This document shows positions 35,801 to 52,180 of a stretch of 64,000 nucleotides of DNA, piece after piece; position 1 is the stretch's first letter, and every line of letters starts with the position of its first letter. The notes below the pieces were generated by a model. That model saw only the letters and a list, made by a program, of their open reading frames with translations. It had not been told where the DNA came from and searched no databases. The position numbers and the translations under genes were made by a program. The DNA lies in assembly GCF_009914755.1 (NCBI RefSeq), contig NC_060942.1; one strand, written 5' to 3'. Source of the stretch: the human T2T-CHM13v2.0 reference genome, Homo sapiens.

Positions 35801-36570
35801 TTATGGAGAAGTGCTTTAGGTGCCTCTTCCCTGTTTCAGCTAGTCCTCAATCTGATCCAGAGTTGAGTCCTGCCTCCTGCCTCAAAACCAATCAGATAAA
35901 TAAAAAGGAGTTTGGCAAATAAGTGAAGTAACAGGAATTTTTAGGAACTGTCCAAATCACTTTTGAGAAAAATGTGTCAGTATCTAGTCAAGTAGAAGAG
36001 AATGCTATCCCTGACTCATTTCTACATATGTGTATCACAGGAACTCTCATACTTTTGTACAAGAAAACATATAATAATGTTAATGCAATATTATATCTCT
36101 TATTGATATATCACTTCTCCATAGGGAGAACAGGTTTTAAAATTTGGTGTATTTATAGAAAAGATGGCTTTATAGCTTTTAAAATGAATGTGTTAGAGTA
36201 CTATGCTTTCAATCATTAAAATTTAAAAACATTTTAAGCAATAAAGAAAACAAGTGTAGGATAATACATGCAGTATGATGCCATTTATATGAAGTTTGCC
36301 ACCACGCAAAAAACGTGCTATATGTTGTTAATGAACATTTATGCATGGAAATAATCAACATCAAGCTGATGTTTACCAGATTTTCAGTTGATTCAGATTT
36401 AGCTTAGGGATTACCTCTGGGAAAGGAAACAGGAAAATGAGACACAGGAACAGTATCTGGGCACGGTTCAACGTTTTAATGATTATTGATATTAGTTCTT
36501 AAAATTATCAGAAACAAGTGTACAAAAGGGTTAAGATTTTATAAAGCTGGTGAAAGTTCCTTATGTTAAT
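32850..36570 (+). mobile_element. Highly degraded old L1 (L1ME-like) fragments
   Basis: A-rich strand bias. Decayed ORF1-like (33400-33760), ORF2-like (34000-35430) and 3'UTR-like (35890-36570) remnants. Confidence 0.7.
35447..35884 (-). mobile_element. ERV1 solo LTR, MER66-like, inserted in the old L1
   Basis: TG...CA termini. Minus strand starts tgaggcaggaggcaggactcaactc. Perfect 4-bp TSD aaac at 35443-35446 and 35885-35888. Confidence 0.85.
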
Positions 36571-37589
36571 TTTTCTTCCTGATACATTTCATGTAGAAGA
36601 TAGAGAAGAGCAGAGTGAGATTTTTCCGAGGTGGAGAGATGATTATGGATTTATGAGTGATGAAGAAAGCTTTGGAGTTCAAACGATGTTACAGACTCAT
36701 GAGGCTTCTGAGCGAGTTGCTGCTCCACTTCACCAAGGGTGCTTTTTTCAACATCCTCTCTTTTCCATCACCTCCAGCCACTTCCAGATTAATATATACT
36801 TCTGGATTCAGACAGCTTGAGAAGAAGAAAACCAGTATTTCCAGGCACACTCTTCTTAGGATGGGTGTGACTGGAATTCACTTGTCAAGATTACAGAGAC
36901 AAAAGACATTTTCAGATGGTAACTGGTAGGAGCCTTAGGTCATGAAGCTCTATGGTTCCCAATTGGAGATCGGCAGAAATAGTTACGGGAGTGGCCAATT
37001 TCACCTCCCAATAATTCCGATACCTTCATAGAAATTGAGCAGTTATCCAAGCAAGGTCTATGAAGGCCAAATAATGTTTCCAGTTTCTTACCTTTGTATA
37101 GAATTATGTATTGATATGGTTTCATCAGCTACCGCTTATTGTTGAGGGGCTCTTATAACACGGACTCGTATAACATTATAGGAATGTCTGAGCATCTTAG
37201 GGAAAAATAATGTAAGATTCTAGTAGCTTAATTGGGAAAAGTTGAGAAGTATAGGTTTGTATCAATGACTTTGAAAAAAAGAAATGCAGAGTGATTTCAT
37301 GATTTACTCAATCAGTCAGATAGGGCAGAGCCAGGGCATAAGCCAGGTTCTCCTCATGCTTAGTTCAAGGGTTCGTCCCACTGGTGACAGTCCCCCTTTT
37401 AATACTGTCAAGTGTTAGGATCAGGTTCTAACTCACTCCAAAACTATGATCTAGGCTGAGGCAACTCTGAATACAGAGGCAGTGTGTTGTAGTAGCAAGA
37501 GCACTGCATTTAATGTCATGTGTCTGTTTTTGAGTCCTGGAGATTCTACTTACTGGCATGTAGCATTCAGTCTGCCTTTTCTTTAGAAT

Positions 37590-37968
37590 AGAATTGCACT
37601 GAAAAGCATCTGCCCAGGCTGCAATTATTTCTCAGTACCATCGTCTTGTATCCAGATGAGGGCCAGGTGATGTTCTAGTCATAGGATATCAGCAGATGTT
37701 ATGTGTTTCAGTTCTGGACCAAAGAGCTTAAACTAAGGAATGCCTATTCCAATTCCTCATTCTCCATCTGCTTGTTGGATGCAGAAGATTTGAAGACTAG
37801 AGGAAGGTAGAGCCACAGATCCCTGAAATACCTTGTGGAAGACTCTTCATCTACCCAGAACACCGTATGGTGCCATAGGATAATCAAAAAGTAAGATTTA
37901 TTGTATTAAGTTCTGAGATTTGGGCATTTATTTGTTATAGCTGCTAGCATTACCTTAACTAATGTACA
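37590..37968 (+). mobile_element. MLT1 (H/J-like) LTR splitting a MIR
   Basis: ttttattgtattaagttctgagatttgggcatttatttgttatagctgctagcattaccttaactaat. MIR halves lie at ~37480-37570 and ~37985-38120. Confidence 0.7.
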
Positions 37969-38866
37969 AGTTCCCTGGCTTTTAATGTGTAACTCCTTCC
38001 TCTGTGCTTCAGTTTTCTTATTTGAAAAAAAGAATAAATAATCCCCAGATTCATACGGGATTGCTGTAGGTCTCCAAAGGGATGTAACAAGGTGCTTTAT
38101 AAACTGTAAGGTGACGTTATTATCTTTGAAGCAAATTGAGGGCAGCCACTTAGAGCTCTACAATTTAAATATCCTCAGAGCAAGTATAGGAGGCAGAATA
38201 GGAATCTTTCTGCAGCTGCCAGAAAAGGAGATTTAACTTTAGCATTTAACTGCACCACTATCCCTCTGTAAGCTTCACATTTGCTTTTTTATAGTGACAC
38301 ATTTTCAATCAATCAATCAATCAAAAATAATTAATCCATAGTTCTTCAGTACCTATCATGTTCAGGCCATGGCGTTAAGATGCTCCTGATTCTTGTGCAT
38401 TTAGTTCCAACACTTAATGTTGTCTTCAATGTATTTCCCCTGTTGTGAAGCAAAGGATACAAGGCATACGAAAAATAAAATAAACTTAGTCATAATCCCA
38501 CTGCAGCGATAACCACACATGGGTGAAGATTTTTCAAGCGCTTTATTTTCTATACTAATGTAAACCTTTTACCACTCTCTACACATTGCTTTGTAAATAT
38601 TCTTTTTTTTCCACTGAAAATATCATACATGTATTTTCTAAGTTAAAAAATACAGCACTATATACTCATTTTTCTACTGGATATAAGAATTTCACTGTAT
38701 GGATATTTGATGATATAGTCAATCAATCTCTATGACAAACATTTAGGTGATTTAATTTTTTAATATTATAAATAACACTGCACCTTTTTTTTTTGCACAG
38801 GTATACATCTTTGCCATATTTGCTTGATAATTTTCTCAGGAGAAAAATCCTAACATTTATATTTCT

Positions 38867-39185
38867 TTTTTTGTTTGTTTATTTTTATTTTTATTTTATT
38901 TTTGTGACAGAGTCTCACTCTGTCACCCAGGCTGGAGTGCAGTGGCCCGATCTTGGCTCACTGAAACCTCTGCCTCCCAGGTTCAAGTGATTCTCCTGCT
39001 TCAGCCTCCCAAATAGCTGGGATCACAGGCATGCGCCACCGCACTTGGCTAATTTTTGTATTTTTAGTAGAGATGGGATTTCACCACGTTGGCCAGGCTC
39101 CTCTCAAACTCCTGACCTCAGGTGATCTGCCCACCTCAACCTCCCAAAGTGCTGGAATTACAGGTGTGAGCCACTGAGTCCTGCC
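38867..39185 (-). mobile_element. AluSx-like, within an old L1 remnant
   Basis: Full Alu. TSD taacattt(a/g)tatttct at 38851-38866 and 39186-39201. Confidence 0.96.
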
Positions 39186-40984
39186 TAACATTTGTATTTC
39201 TGTCTCAAAATATATGCATAGTTTTAAAGCTTTTTATCCAGAGTGTCCAATTAACTCTAGAAATATTTTTACCTTTTTTATTCTCCAATAAACCCAAGTA
39301 TTTATTTCTATTTTTTAAAATCTGTACATAAAAAAGTGAAAGGCAATTAGTGCCCTGTGCAGGGTCGTTTGTTCTGGTCTTTCCATCTTAGAACATATTC
39401 CCAAGATGATATCCTTTCTCTGGGATATTCCTCACTTCCCTCTCAGTGTCTGCTCTTCCTTCAGAACTGAGCTCTTGAGCACTTCCCTTTCTGCTCAGAG
39501 GCTTCCACAAAACCTGGGCACCTAGACTCACTCCATGTTCAAAACTTCCCCTTTGACTTTTTTCGTCTCTCTACTGTTTTCTCCATCAAAGCTGTAATGC
39601 CCATGGTGAACATTTACCATGTAAAAATGTAATAGACACCATTATTTAATTGATGTAATTTACTAAACTGTAAACGTCAGATAAGGAGTTAACTTAAAAG
39701 GTTAATTTAAGGGTTAGCATGAGGTGCTAACTTACAGCCCCACAGCCTATAATCCTGGTAATGGGTCATTTCAATAGAGATTTTTCGTGATGAAAGACTT
39801 TCTAACATTTCAGTTTTGGATGCCAAGGGCTAGCTATACAACAAGGCTTTGCTTATAAGTATTTGGGAATTCATATTTATACCATAGATTGTTTTCCAAA
39901 CTGCTAAAGAATAAAATCCTAACAGTTCCTTTATGAATGGCTACTTAGTCTGTTTTGTAGGCTAGAACAACCCTAATCAATGAATATTATATTGATCACT
40001 TGAAGCAGTTTTCATGATGTACAGGTTATGATCATTGTTCATATTGAGCTTTCATTTCATGTGACAAGTTCTTTTCCAATGTAACAAAGAAAATACAACC
40101 TAGCACTCATGAATTTTATAATTCAAATGAAACAGCACAGATAACAAATGCAGAAAATAGTGAAGGAAATGGGTTAAGTATATTTGAAATTAACCTACAT
40201 AAAACCTCCCAATTGCCATGTTTCAGTGACTGAACCGCACATTGGCTGTTTCTGGTGGGAAAATGCACTCTATCTAGTGTGATTTATTGAGTTGCATCAC
40301 GCTTGCCACCTGAAAAGTAAAAATAAATTAAAGCTCTCTTAGTATTTATTTTAATCAGTTTCTAGGTAAATACAATTAAATGAGAATATTGAAGAGGACA
40401 GTAGTCTTATTTACAATATACTCTGAATATAAATATTGTCCTCGGTAGAATGTGGACATCTGTTATACAAACTGACATGACTTTGTAGGGACATTTAAGC
40501 AGCTCTGTTCTTAATTGTCAAGGAAGCCCTTAGGGTTCTTGTTTGTGGTATTTGCAAATTTTTTACAGAATATTCATTATTAAAAATTATCATTAAAGAA
40601 TCAACCTCATTCATTGTTTTTAGCTTTGTGACTTCTGCTGTGTCTTACCTGGGTCAGAGATCATTGGAATTTGAGTTAGTAAAATGTAACAAAGTCTGTT
40701 GATTCATTATAATAATGCAAATAATGAAAATGGCCTATATGTCATATATGTCTTTCATATATGTCACAAATAATTTTATGTCATGTAGAATATTGATGTT
40801 AATACCATATTTTATTGAAAAAGCAAGTTACAGATTGTGGTAGTAGCTGTAGGATACTAATACAGGTTCTGGCACCTACTTGGAAGTTGAGGAGTTTTTC
40901 TTGTATTCACACAGTAGATTAACACTCAGCAATAAAAGGGAATGTGCTATTGATACATTCAACAACATAGATGTCCACTGATAT

Positions 40985-41560
40985 GTACTCTCTTGCAGAT
41001 AGACATTTGTGATATTTCTGCTTTTTGGCTATTATGAACACAGCTGCTTAGAACATTCTTATTCCCGCAGTCTTTTATTAACATATGCATTTATTTATCC
41101 TCAGTATACACCTAGGATGGAACATATGTAATAGTTTAACTGCATTAGGAAATGCCACGCAATTTTCCAAAGTGGTGGTACCATTTTACACTCTCATCAA
41201 GGATAAGCACACCAGAACTTTGTGCTTTTACTTTTTACTTTTTGGCATTATACTACGTGTGTAGTAGCATCTCATTGTGGTTTTAATTCGCTAGTTTAAT
41301 TTGCTGATTACTAGTGCTTTGGAGTGTCTTTTCATGTCTTTATGGACCATTTAGATGTCTTCTTTGGTGAAGTGCCTATTCATGTATTTTGTTCACTTTA
41401 AAAATTTGTTTTTTATATTTTTATTACTGATTATCCTCTTAGTATCAATTTATGGGAGTTATTTATGTATTCTGGACATAAATTCCTTATCAAAGATATA
41501 TATCTTTTCTCCCAGACTGTGGCTTGCTTTTTTTATGTTTTTACTAGTGTTTCTCAGTTT
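40985..41560 (-). mobile_element. Old L1M ORF2 3' fragment
   Basis: ttttggctattatgaa...ttttccaaagtggtggtaccattttacactc...catctcattgtggttttaatt. Confidence 0.8.
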
Positions 41561-42401
41561 AAAAAATAGTTTGTAACTTAAAAAATGGTTGTAGTGTTTA
41601 ACCTACTAGGTAATCCATAAATAGATGTATTTTTCCATTACCTAGTAAAACACATGATAAATAAGATCAACAGTGATTATTTCTGGTAGGCGTTACTTCT
41701 GTAGGTTTTATTCCCCCTAAAGGCTAATTATGAAACTGTATCCTACATTTTCTACATCAGTCATTTATTTTCTAGATGATCTTGATTCTAGCAAATGAAC
41801 ATCATGAAAGTCTTTTGCCTCTTTGTTTTTGGTTGATTGGTCATTTGAATCATTGATGAATCACTCAGGCTCAATGATGACAGGATTATCTCAGCTGTCT
41901 CTGGGGCATTTCAGAAATCATGCTTCCGGAATTTTTTCTCACTCTTCAAAAAAAATTCTTGAAAATTGATGCTCAGAAATTAAGCAGCTTTCTCCTATAA
42001 CATCTGAAAGTTTGAGAGACATAATCTGGCAAAAGTGGCAGCGGCACTAGACGAAGTCACATTGGGTCCGTAGGGAAACTCTTGCTTCCAGGAGCAGCAA
42101 GGAGTTAAATGACACTGTAGTGACTCCTGAAACATAGCAATAATGTACATGGATGTTGGCTTTGTAGGTAACATAAATATTTTTTTTTCTTTTATTATTA
42201 TACTTTAAGTTTTAGGGTACATGTGCACATTGTGCAGGTTAGTTACATATGTATACATGTGCCACGCTGGTGCGCTGCACCCACTAACTCGTCATCTAGC
42301 ATTAGGTATATCTCCCAATGCTATCCCTCCCCCCTCTCCCCACCCCACAACAGTCCCCAGAGTGTGATGTTCCCCTTCCTGTGTCCATGTGATCTCATTG
42401 T

Positions 42402-46237
<3,836 letters not shown>

Positions 46238-46285
46238 TTATTTTGCTTGTTAGTTGATGCAGTTTCTTCCTAGTCTCGATGGTCT

Positions 46286-47303
46286 TTACATTTTGGCATG
46301 ATTTTGCAGCGGCTGGTACTGGTTGTTCCTTTCCATGTTTAGCACTTCCTTCAGGAGCTCTTTTAGGGCAGGCCTGGTGGTGACAAAATCTCTCAGCATT
46401 TGCTTGTCTGTAAAGTATTTGATTTCTCCTTCACTTATGAAGCTTAGTTTGGCTGGATATGAAATTCTGGGTTGAAAATTCTTTTCTTTAAGAATGTTGA
46501 ATATTGGCCCCCCACTCTCTTCTGGCTTGTAGGGTTTCTGCTGAGAGATCTGCTGTTAGTCTGATGGGCTTCCCTTTGAGGGTAACCCGACCTTTCTCTC
46601 TGGCTGCCCTTAACATTTTTTCCTTCATTTCAACTTTGGTGAATCTGACAATTATGTGTCTTGGAGTTGCTCTTCTCAAGGAGTATCTTTGTGGTGTTCT
46701 CTGTGTTTCCTGAATCTGAACGTTGGCCTGCCTTGCAAGATTGGGGAAGTTCTCCTGGATAATATCCTGCAGAGTGTTTTCCAACTTGGTTCCATTCTCC
46801 CCGTCACTTTCAGGTACACCAATCAGACGTAGATTTGGTCTTTTCACATAGTCCCATATTTCTTGGAGGCTTTGCTCATTTCTTTTTATTCTTTTTTCTC
46901 TCAACTTCCCTTCTCGCTTCATTTCATTCATTGCCTCTTCCATCGCTGATACCCTTTCTTCCAGTTGATTGCATCGGCTCCTGAGGCTTCTGCATTCTTC
47001 ACGTAGTTCTCGAGCCTTGGTTTTCAGCTCCATCAGCTCCTTTAAGCACTTCTCTGTATTGGTTATTCTAGTTATACATTCTTCTAAATTTTTTTCAAAG
47101 TTTTCAACTTCTTTGCCTTTGGTTTGGATGTCCTCCCGTAGCTCAGAGTAATTTGATCGTCTGAAGCCTTCTTCTCTCAGCTCGTCAAAGTCGTTCTCCA
47201 TCCAGCTTTGTTCCATTGCTGGTGAGGAACTGCATTCCTTTGGAGGAGGAGAGGCGCTCTGCTTTTTAGAGTTTCCAGTTTTTCTGTTCTATTTTTTCCC
47301 CAT
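46286..47303 (-). pseudogene. L1 ORF1 (RNA-binding chaperone), disrupted
   Basis: ATG GGG AAA AAA TAG gives a stop at codon 5. A +1 G frameshift near 46510 gives REWGANIQHS instead of REWGPIF. Confidence 0.95.
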
Positions 47304-48211
47304 CTTTGTGGTTTTATCTACTTTTGGTCTTTGATGATGGTGATGTACAGATGGGTTTTTGTTGTGGATGTCCTTTCTGTTTGTTAGTTTTCCTTCTAAC
47401 AGACAGGACCCTCAGCTGCAGGTCTGTTGGAATACCCTGCCGTGTGAGGTGTCAGTGTGCCCCTGCTGGGGGGTGCCTCCCAGCTAGGCTGCTGGGGGGT
47501 CAGGGGTCAGGGACCCACTTGAGGAGGCAGTCTGCCCGTTCTCAGATCTCCAGCTGCGTGCTGGGAGAACCACTGCTCTCTTCAAAGCTGTCAGACAGGG
47601 ACATTTAAGTCTGCAGAGGTTACTGCTGTCTTTTTGTTTGTCTGTGCCCTGCCCCCAGAGGTGGAGCCTACAGAGGCAGGCAGGCCTCCTTGAGCTGTGG
47701 TGGGCTCCACCCAGTTCCAGCTTCCCAGCTGCTTTGTTTACCTAATCAAGCCTGGGCAATGGCGGGCGCCCCTCCCCCAGCCTCGCTGCCGCCTTGCAGT
47801 TTGATCTCAGACTGCTGTGCTAGCAATCAGGGAGATTCCGTGGGCGTAGGACCCTCCAAGCCAGGTGTGGGATATAGTCTAGTGGTGCGCCGTTTTTTAA
47901 GCCTGTCGGAAAAGCGCAGTATTCTGGTGGGAGTGACCCGATTTTCCAGGTGCCGTCCGTCACCCCTTTCTTTGACTAGGAAAGGGAACTCCGTGACCCC
48001 TTGCGCTTCCTGAGTGAGGCAATGCCTCGCCCTGCTTCGGCTCTCGCACGGTGCGCGCTCCCACTGACCTGCGCCCACTGTCTGGCACTCCCTAGTGAGA
48101 TGAACCCGGTACCTCAGATGGAAATGCTGAAATCACCCGTCTTCTGCGTCGCTCAGGCTGGGAGCTGTAGACCGGAGCTGTTCCTATTCGGCCATCTTGT
48201 CTCCTCCCCCC
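47304..48211 (-). promoter_or_regulatory. L1 5'UTR with internal sense promoter and antisense promoter, CpG-rich
   Basis: 908-nt UTR. YY1 core AAGATGGCC intact at 48190-48198. Many CpGs retained in 47750-48200. Confidence 0.85.
47759..48013 (+). CDS. L1 antisense ORF0, open, 84 aa
   Basis: MAGAPPPASLPPCSLISDCCASNQ... is the primate L1 ORF0 N-terminus. Kozak context gcaATGG. Expression unknown. Confidence 0.7.
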   Translation: MAGAPPPASLPPCSLISDCCASNQGDSVGVGPSKPGVGYSLVVRRFLSLSEKRSILVGVTRFSRCRPSPLSLTRKGNSVTPCAS

Positions 48212-48689
48212 AGGTAACATAAATATTAATAACATGATTTCATTTCAAGTAAATAACCTTGTATTTTGTTCACTTTAAAAATTTGTATCTGTGGGATGTG
48301 TCTGTGGTTAGCCAGAGAGCAGCTAGAGCTGAGAATGTGACCCTATCAAGAAGAAATATAGTTATTTCTGAACTATATCTGCTATTACTGTGTCCATCCA
48401 GTTTTACTCCATGATGATGGTGTCTTGGAGTAAGAGGACAGTGACTGCTACTGGCATAGACTCAGAGTTCCAAATGGAAGAAAAGGAAGAGGACAAGACT
48501 GTGGGAGATTATGCAAGTAGCTGATAGTGATAGCAAACACAAGGATGTTGAATGATTAAAGAGTTCAAACTTGTTACAGCCATTTACTTGACATATTTTG
48601 GTAATTTGAAAATCCATTCTCCATTCTATTTTTAATCACTGAATTACTGGAAATGTGTTGGGCCTAATTTAAGTAGCCTGATAAATTTT

Positions 48690-49030
48690 GCTTTAACATA
48701 AACATTTGAATGCTAGGTGATATTATTGAAGGTTCAGGAGACAGCAGAGTTCGTGAGACAGACGTGATTTTTTGCCCTTGGAACTTAGTCTAATGGGGAA
48801 GACACTTAAAAAGTAACGTGAACTGGAATTAATGTTGCCAGGGGAATTTCAGAGTGATGTGGAAGCACATAGCTTGGGTACCTGTCTTAGAGTGGGGTTA
48901 CAGGGAAGACCTGCCTAGGGAGTGTCACTAAGTGGAACACAATGATAAATAGCAATTAGCCTTATAAAGGGGGCATGGAGAAGTGAAGTCTAGAGAGCAG
49001 GGCAAAGAAAGAACTGGTAAAATGTGAAAA
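48690..49030 (-). mobile_element. L2 fragment
   Basis: aacataaacatttgaatgctagg...tgcccttggaacttagtctaatggggaagac. Confidence 0.55.
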
Positions 49031-49829
49031 GGCGATATTTAGAGAGAAAGTCTCATTTTGCTGGACTTTCAGCGTATTCTGGTTAAAATGTAAACAACAT
49101 GGTACATTTTCACATTCATGGGAAATCTATTACATAAACCTTGTATATGAATATGGCAAAGAAGTTTCACCAAAAGTAAAAAAAAAAACGCCTTAAATAT
49201 ACATACTTTAAAGTTTTTAATTGATGCCTTCTTACAAATACTTCTTACTAACAATCAGGGTTGGCCACAGTTGGGCCTCACTCCGTCTATTTCTTCTCTC
49301 ACCTGATCTCCCATGCAGGCACTATGGTTTACTTATTACTGCTTTTCTCTCCCTAATTGTCAAGTTTCCATAAGATTTTCCCGAATAAAGAAACATTAAA
49401 ACAAATCCCTTAGATTATCCTGGGATTTTGTTTTCAAAAAAAGTTAAAGAAGATGTTTACATGAATTCCATTCTTTTTCAGTGCCCTAGAGCTGATTCCT
49501 CACTTCCATAAGGGGAAATATCAAGTTAAAGAAATCATATAGAGATTACTGCCATAGCTGATTTATTATATTTTTGCCTCTTTTACTTGCAGTATATTTT
49601 AAGTAGCATGTTATAATTAATTCCTGTTTTTTTCTAGTCAATAAAACCAACTTTATCTTAAATCCATCTACAGTATTTGTCTCTGAGATGAGCCTCTGTA
49701 CCTCTCTCTGCATTTATAGCAAATGCATGCTTTATGCAACAACTGGTTCCCCACGGTGCACTGGGTTCACCTTCATTTCTCTGAAGTGACAAACAACAAA
49801 CAACTTCTGTTTCCCAGAGCAGCTCATAC

Positions 49830-49895
49830 CTATTTTTGAAAGTAGCAGTCTTGAAACAGAAGAGCTTATAAGGCTCAACAGAGAATGAGAAGACT
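49830..49895 (-). other. Candidate 66-nt cassette exon
   Basis: Acceptor tgtcctttatcccttcctccttcag| and donor TAG|GTATGA. Confidence 0.35.
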
Positions 49896-50721
49896 CTGAA
49901 GGAGGAAGGGATAAAGGACAATGTTCAAGTGGTTATTTTTTCGAAGTACAATAGTCTACAGATTCTTTGGTTGCTCTAAAAGAGTCTGTGAGTCTTTCCT
50001 TTATCCATCTACCAAAAACAAGTGATGTGTTAAAAAGAGGTTAGATACAAGAACCCAGGAATATATGACTGTGTACGGACATACAGAAAACTCAAAATAT
50101 AGAAGAGAGTAATCTGTTTTACTTTTCTCTTGTAGCTTCTCTATGTTATTATGAATTTATCTACTTCCTGGACATTTAAGGGACATTGCTATAGTTTGAG
50201 ATAAAAAGAAGATATGCTGACTTTTGGACCTAATTTTTATCGATTTGTAACAGAATAATTGGAGGCATTAGAAAGAACCAAATTACTAGGATGCACAAGG
50301 CTTTGTGAATTATCACAGCTAATATAAACTGACTTTTTGGTAATTCTCAGCCTGGAACAAGCCTTCTCCATTCCTGCTGCTGTGTAATGTGGGCAGGTGA
50401 GGGTGTCGGATTTTCACGGCACTTTAGGTCTGGTACCTGTAATGCAATTCCTTGAGGCCACCATAATGTAAACATATATAAAGGTGACGAAGAAGAGAGA
50501 GGAGCAGAGCCCTCTAGAGAAGAAGGGGGGACTGTATATTGATGGGAGAGGAGGTTAAGCAGGGCATGTGGGCCTGGCATTCCCAGTGGAGGGAGGCATC
50601 TTTGGCCAGGAAAGGGGAAAAGAAGCCTTCAGGCACAATGAGAATGTCTGAAAATAAAGATTTTTTTTTTGTAATATAGGATGGAAGAAGGGACTGTCAG
50701 ACATTGCTTTTGTCCTCCTTA

Positions 50722-51158
<437 letters not shown>

Positions 51159-52149
51159 TCACTTATAAAATTGATAGCATAGCATATTCCACTATTCCTT
51201 TGTACTATGCTTTCTGGAATTGGAACCAAATAAATGTACCTGACAGTAGAATCTCTTTTTTCTCATACCCTGCCTAGTAACAGTCCCATTGAGAAAACTG
51301 AGGCAGCCTTCTACATTCAGTTCAACAGATGGTGATTCTAGATAAAAGAGCTTACTGAGGGGCTTCAGAAGCTCTGACTTGGTCTTTATTCATGTTGCTT
51401 CATTGTAATCTTACTGGAGGCATTTATTAATGTCTTTGAAACTTAAACAAATATACCTATTTTCTTCCAGATTAAATTTTTCTATAGAGTTTAAATGTAT
51501 TATCTTTCTATCCTGGATCAAATCAAGGTGTTAAGAAGCTATAAAGTCTTTTGAGAAAGTAGTTTTCCCTTTTAAAAAAATGTTACACATTCCTCTACTA
51601 GACTAAGTGGAGCCACAGCTAAGGTTTGGTCTTGTCTTGCTGGGCTAAAAAAATATGAGTTCACTTCATCTGTTAATGTATCTCCTATGTCCTGAGATTT
51701 TGACTTCTGAGGAGGATATGGAAAAATTGCAATCTGTTAAGGAATCCAAAATATACATAATTTAAAAATTTTACATGTCCATGTATGTAAAATTTAAATT
51801 TTACATATATATATAATTTTTAAATTTTACTGGTTACATCAATATATTAACAGTCAAGAATAGGGGATATTATTTTGTTAGAAAATGAAGACAAAAATAT
51901 ACCTCTTTTTTTTTAAGAAAAAGTCTCTATCTGGCTTGAATGTAAACCTTTAAGTGGCTTACATTTGGACGTCTACTGATAGATTTCACTTCACGAAGAC
52001 TTTTCAGTAAATACTCGTTCTTTGTTTCTTAAGAACTTTTATAACTTGGTTTTCCTGTAATTCCTGTAAAACCAGAAATAAAGCTCTGAAAGTTGGAGAG
52101 TAAATTGCATCAATAGCCCATAGCACTGGTGATGTACTCCAGGGAACAC

Positions 52150-52177
<28 letters not shown>
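52150..52177. repeat. T28 homopolymer
   Basis: Directly visible. Confidence 0.95.

Positions 52178-52180
<3 letters not shown>

Noticed and set aside
36563-37125. Unique purine-rich segment with 85-, 90- and 61-aa ORFs; possible processed pseudogene
   Set aside because: No parent gene recognised and no poly-A tail or TSD.
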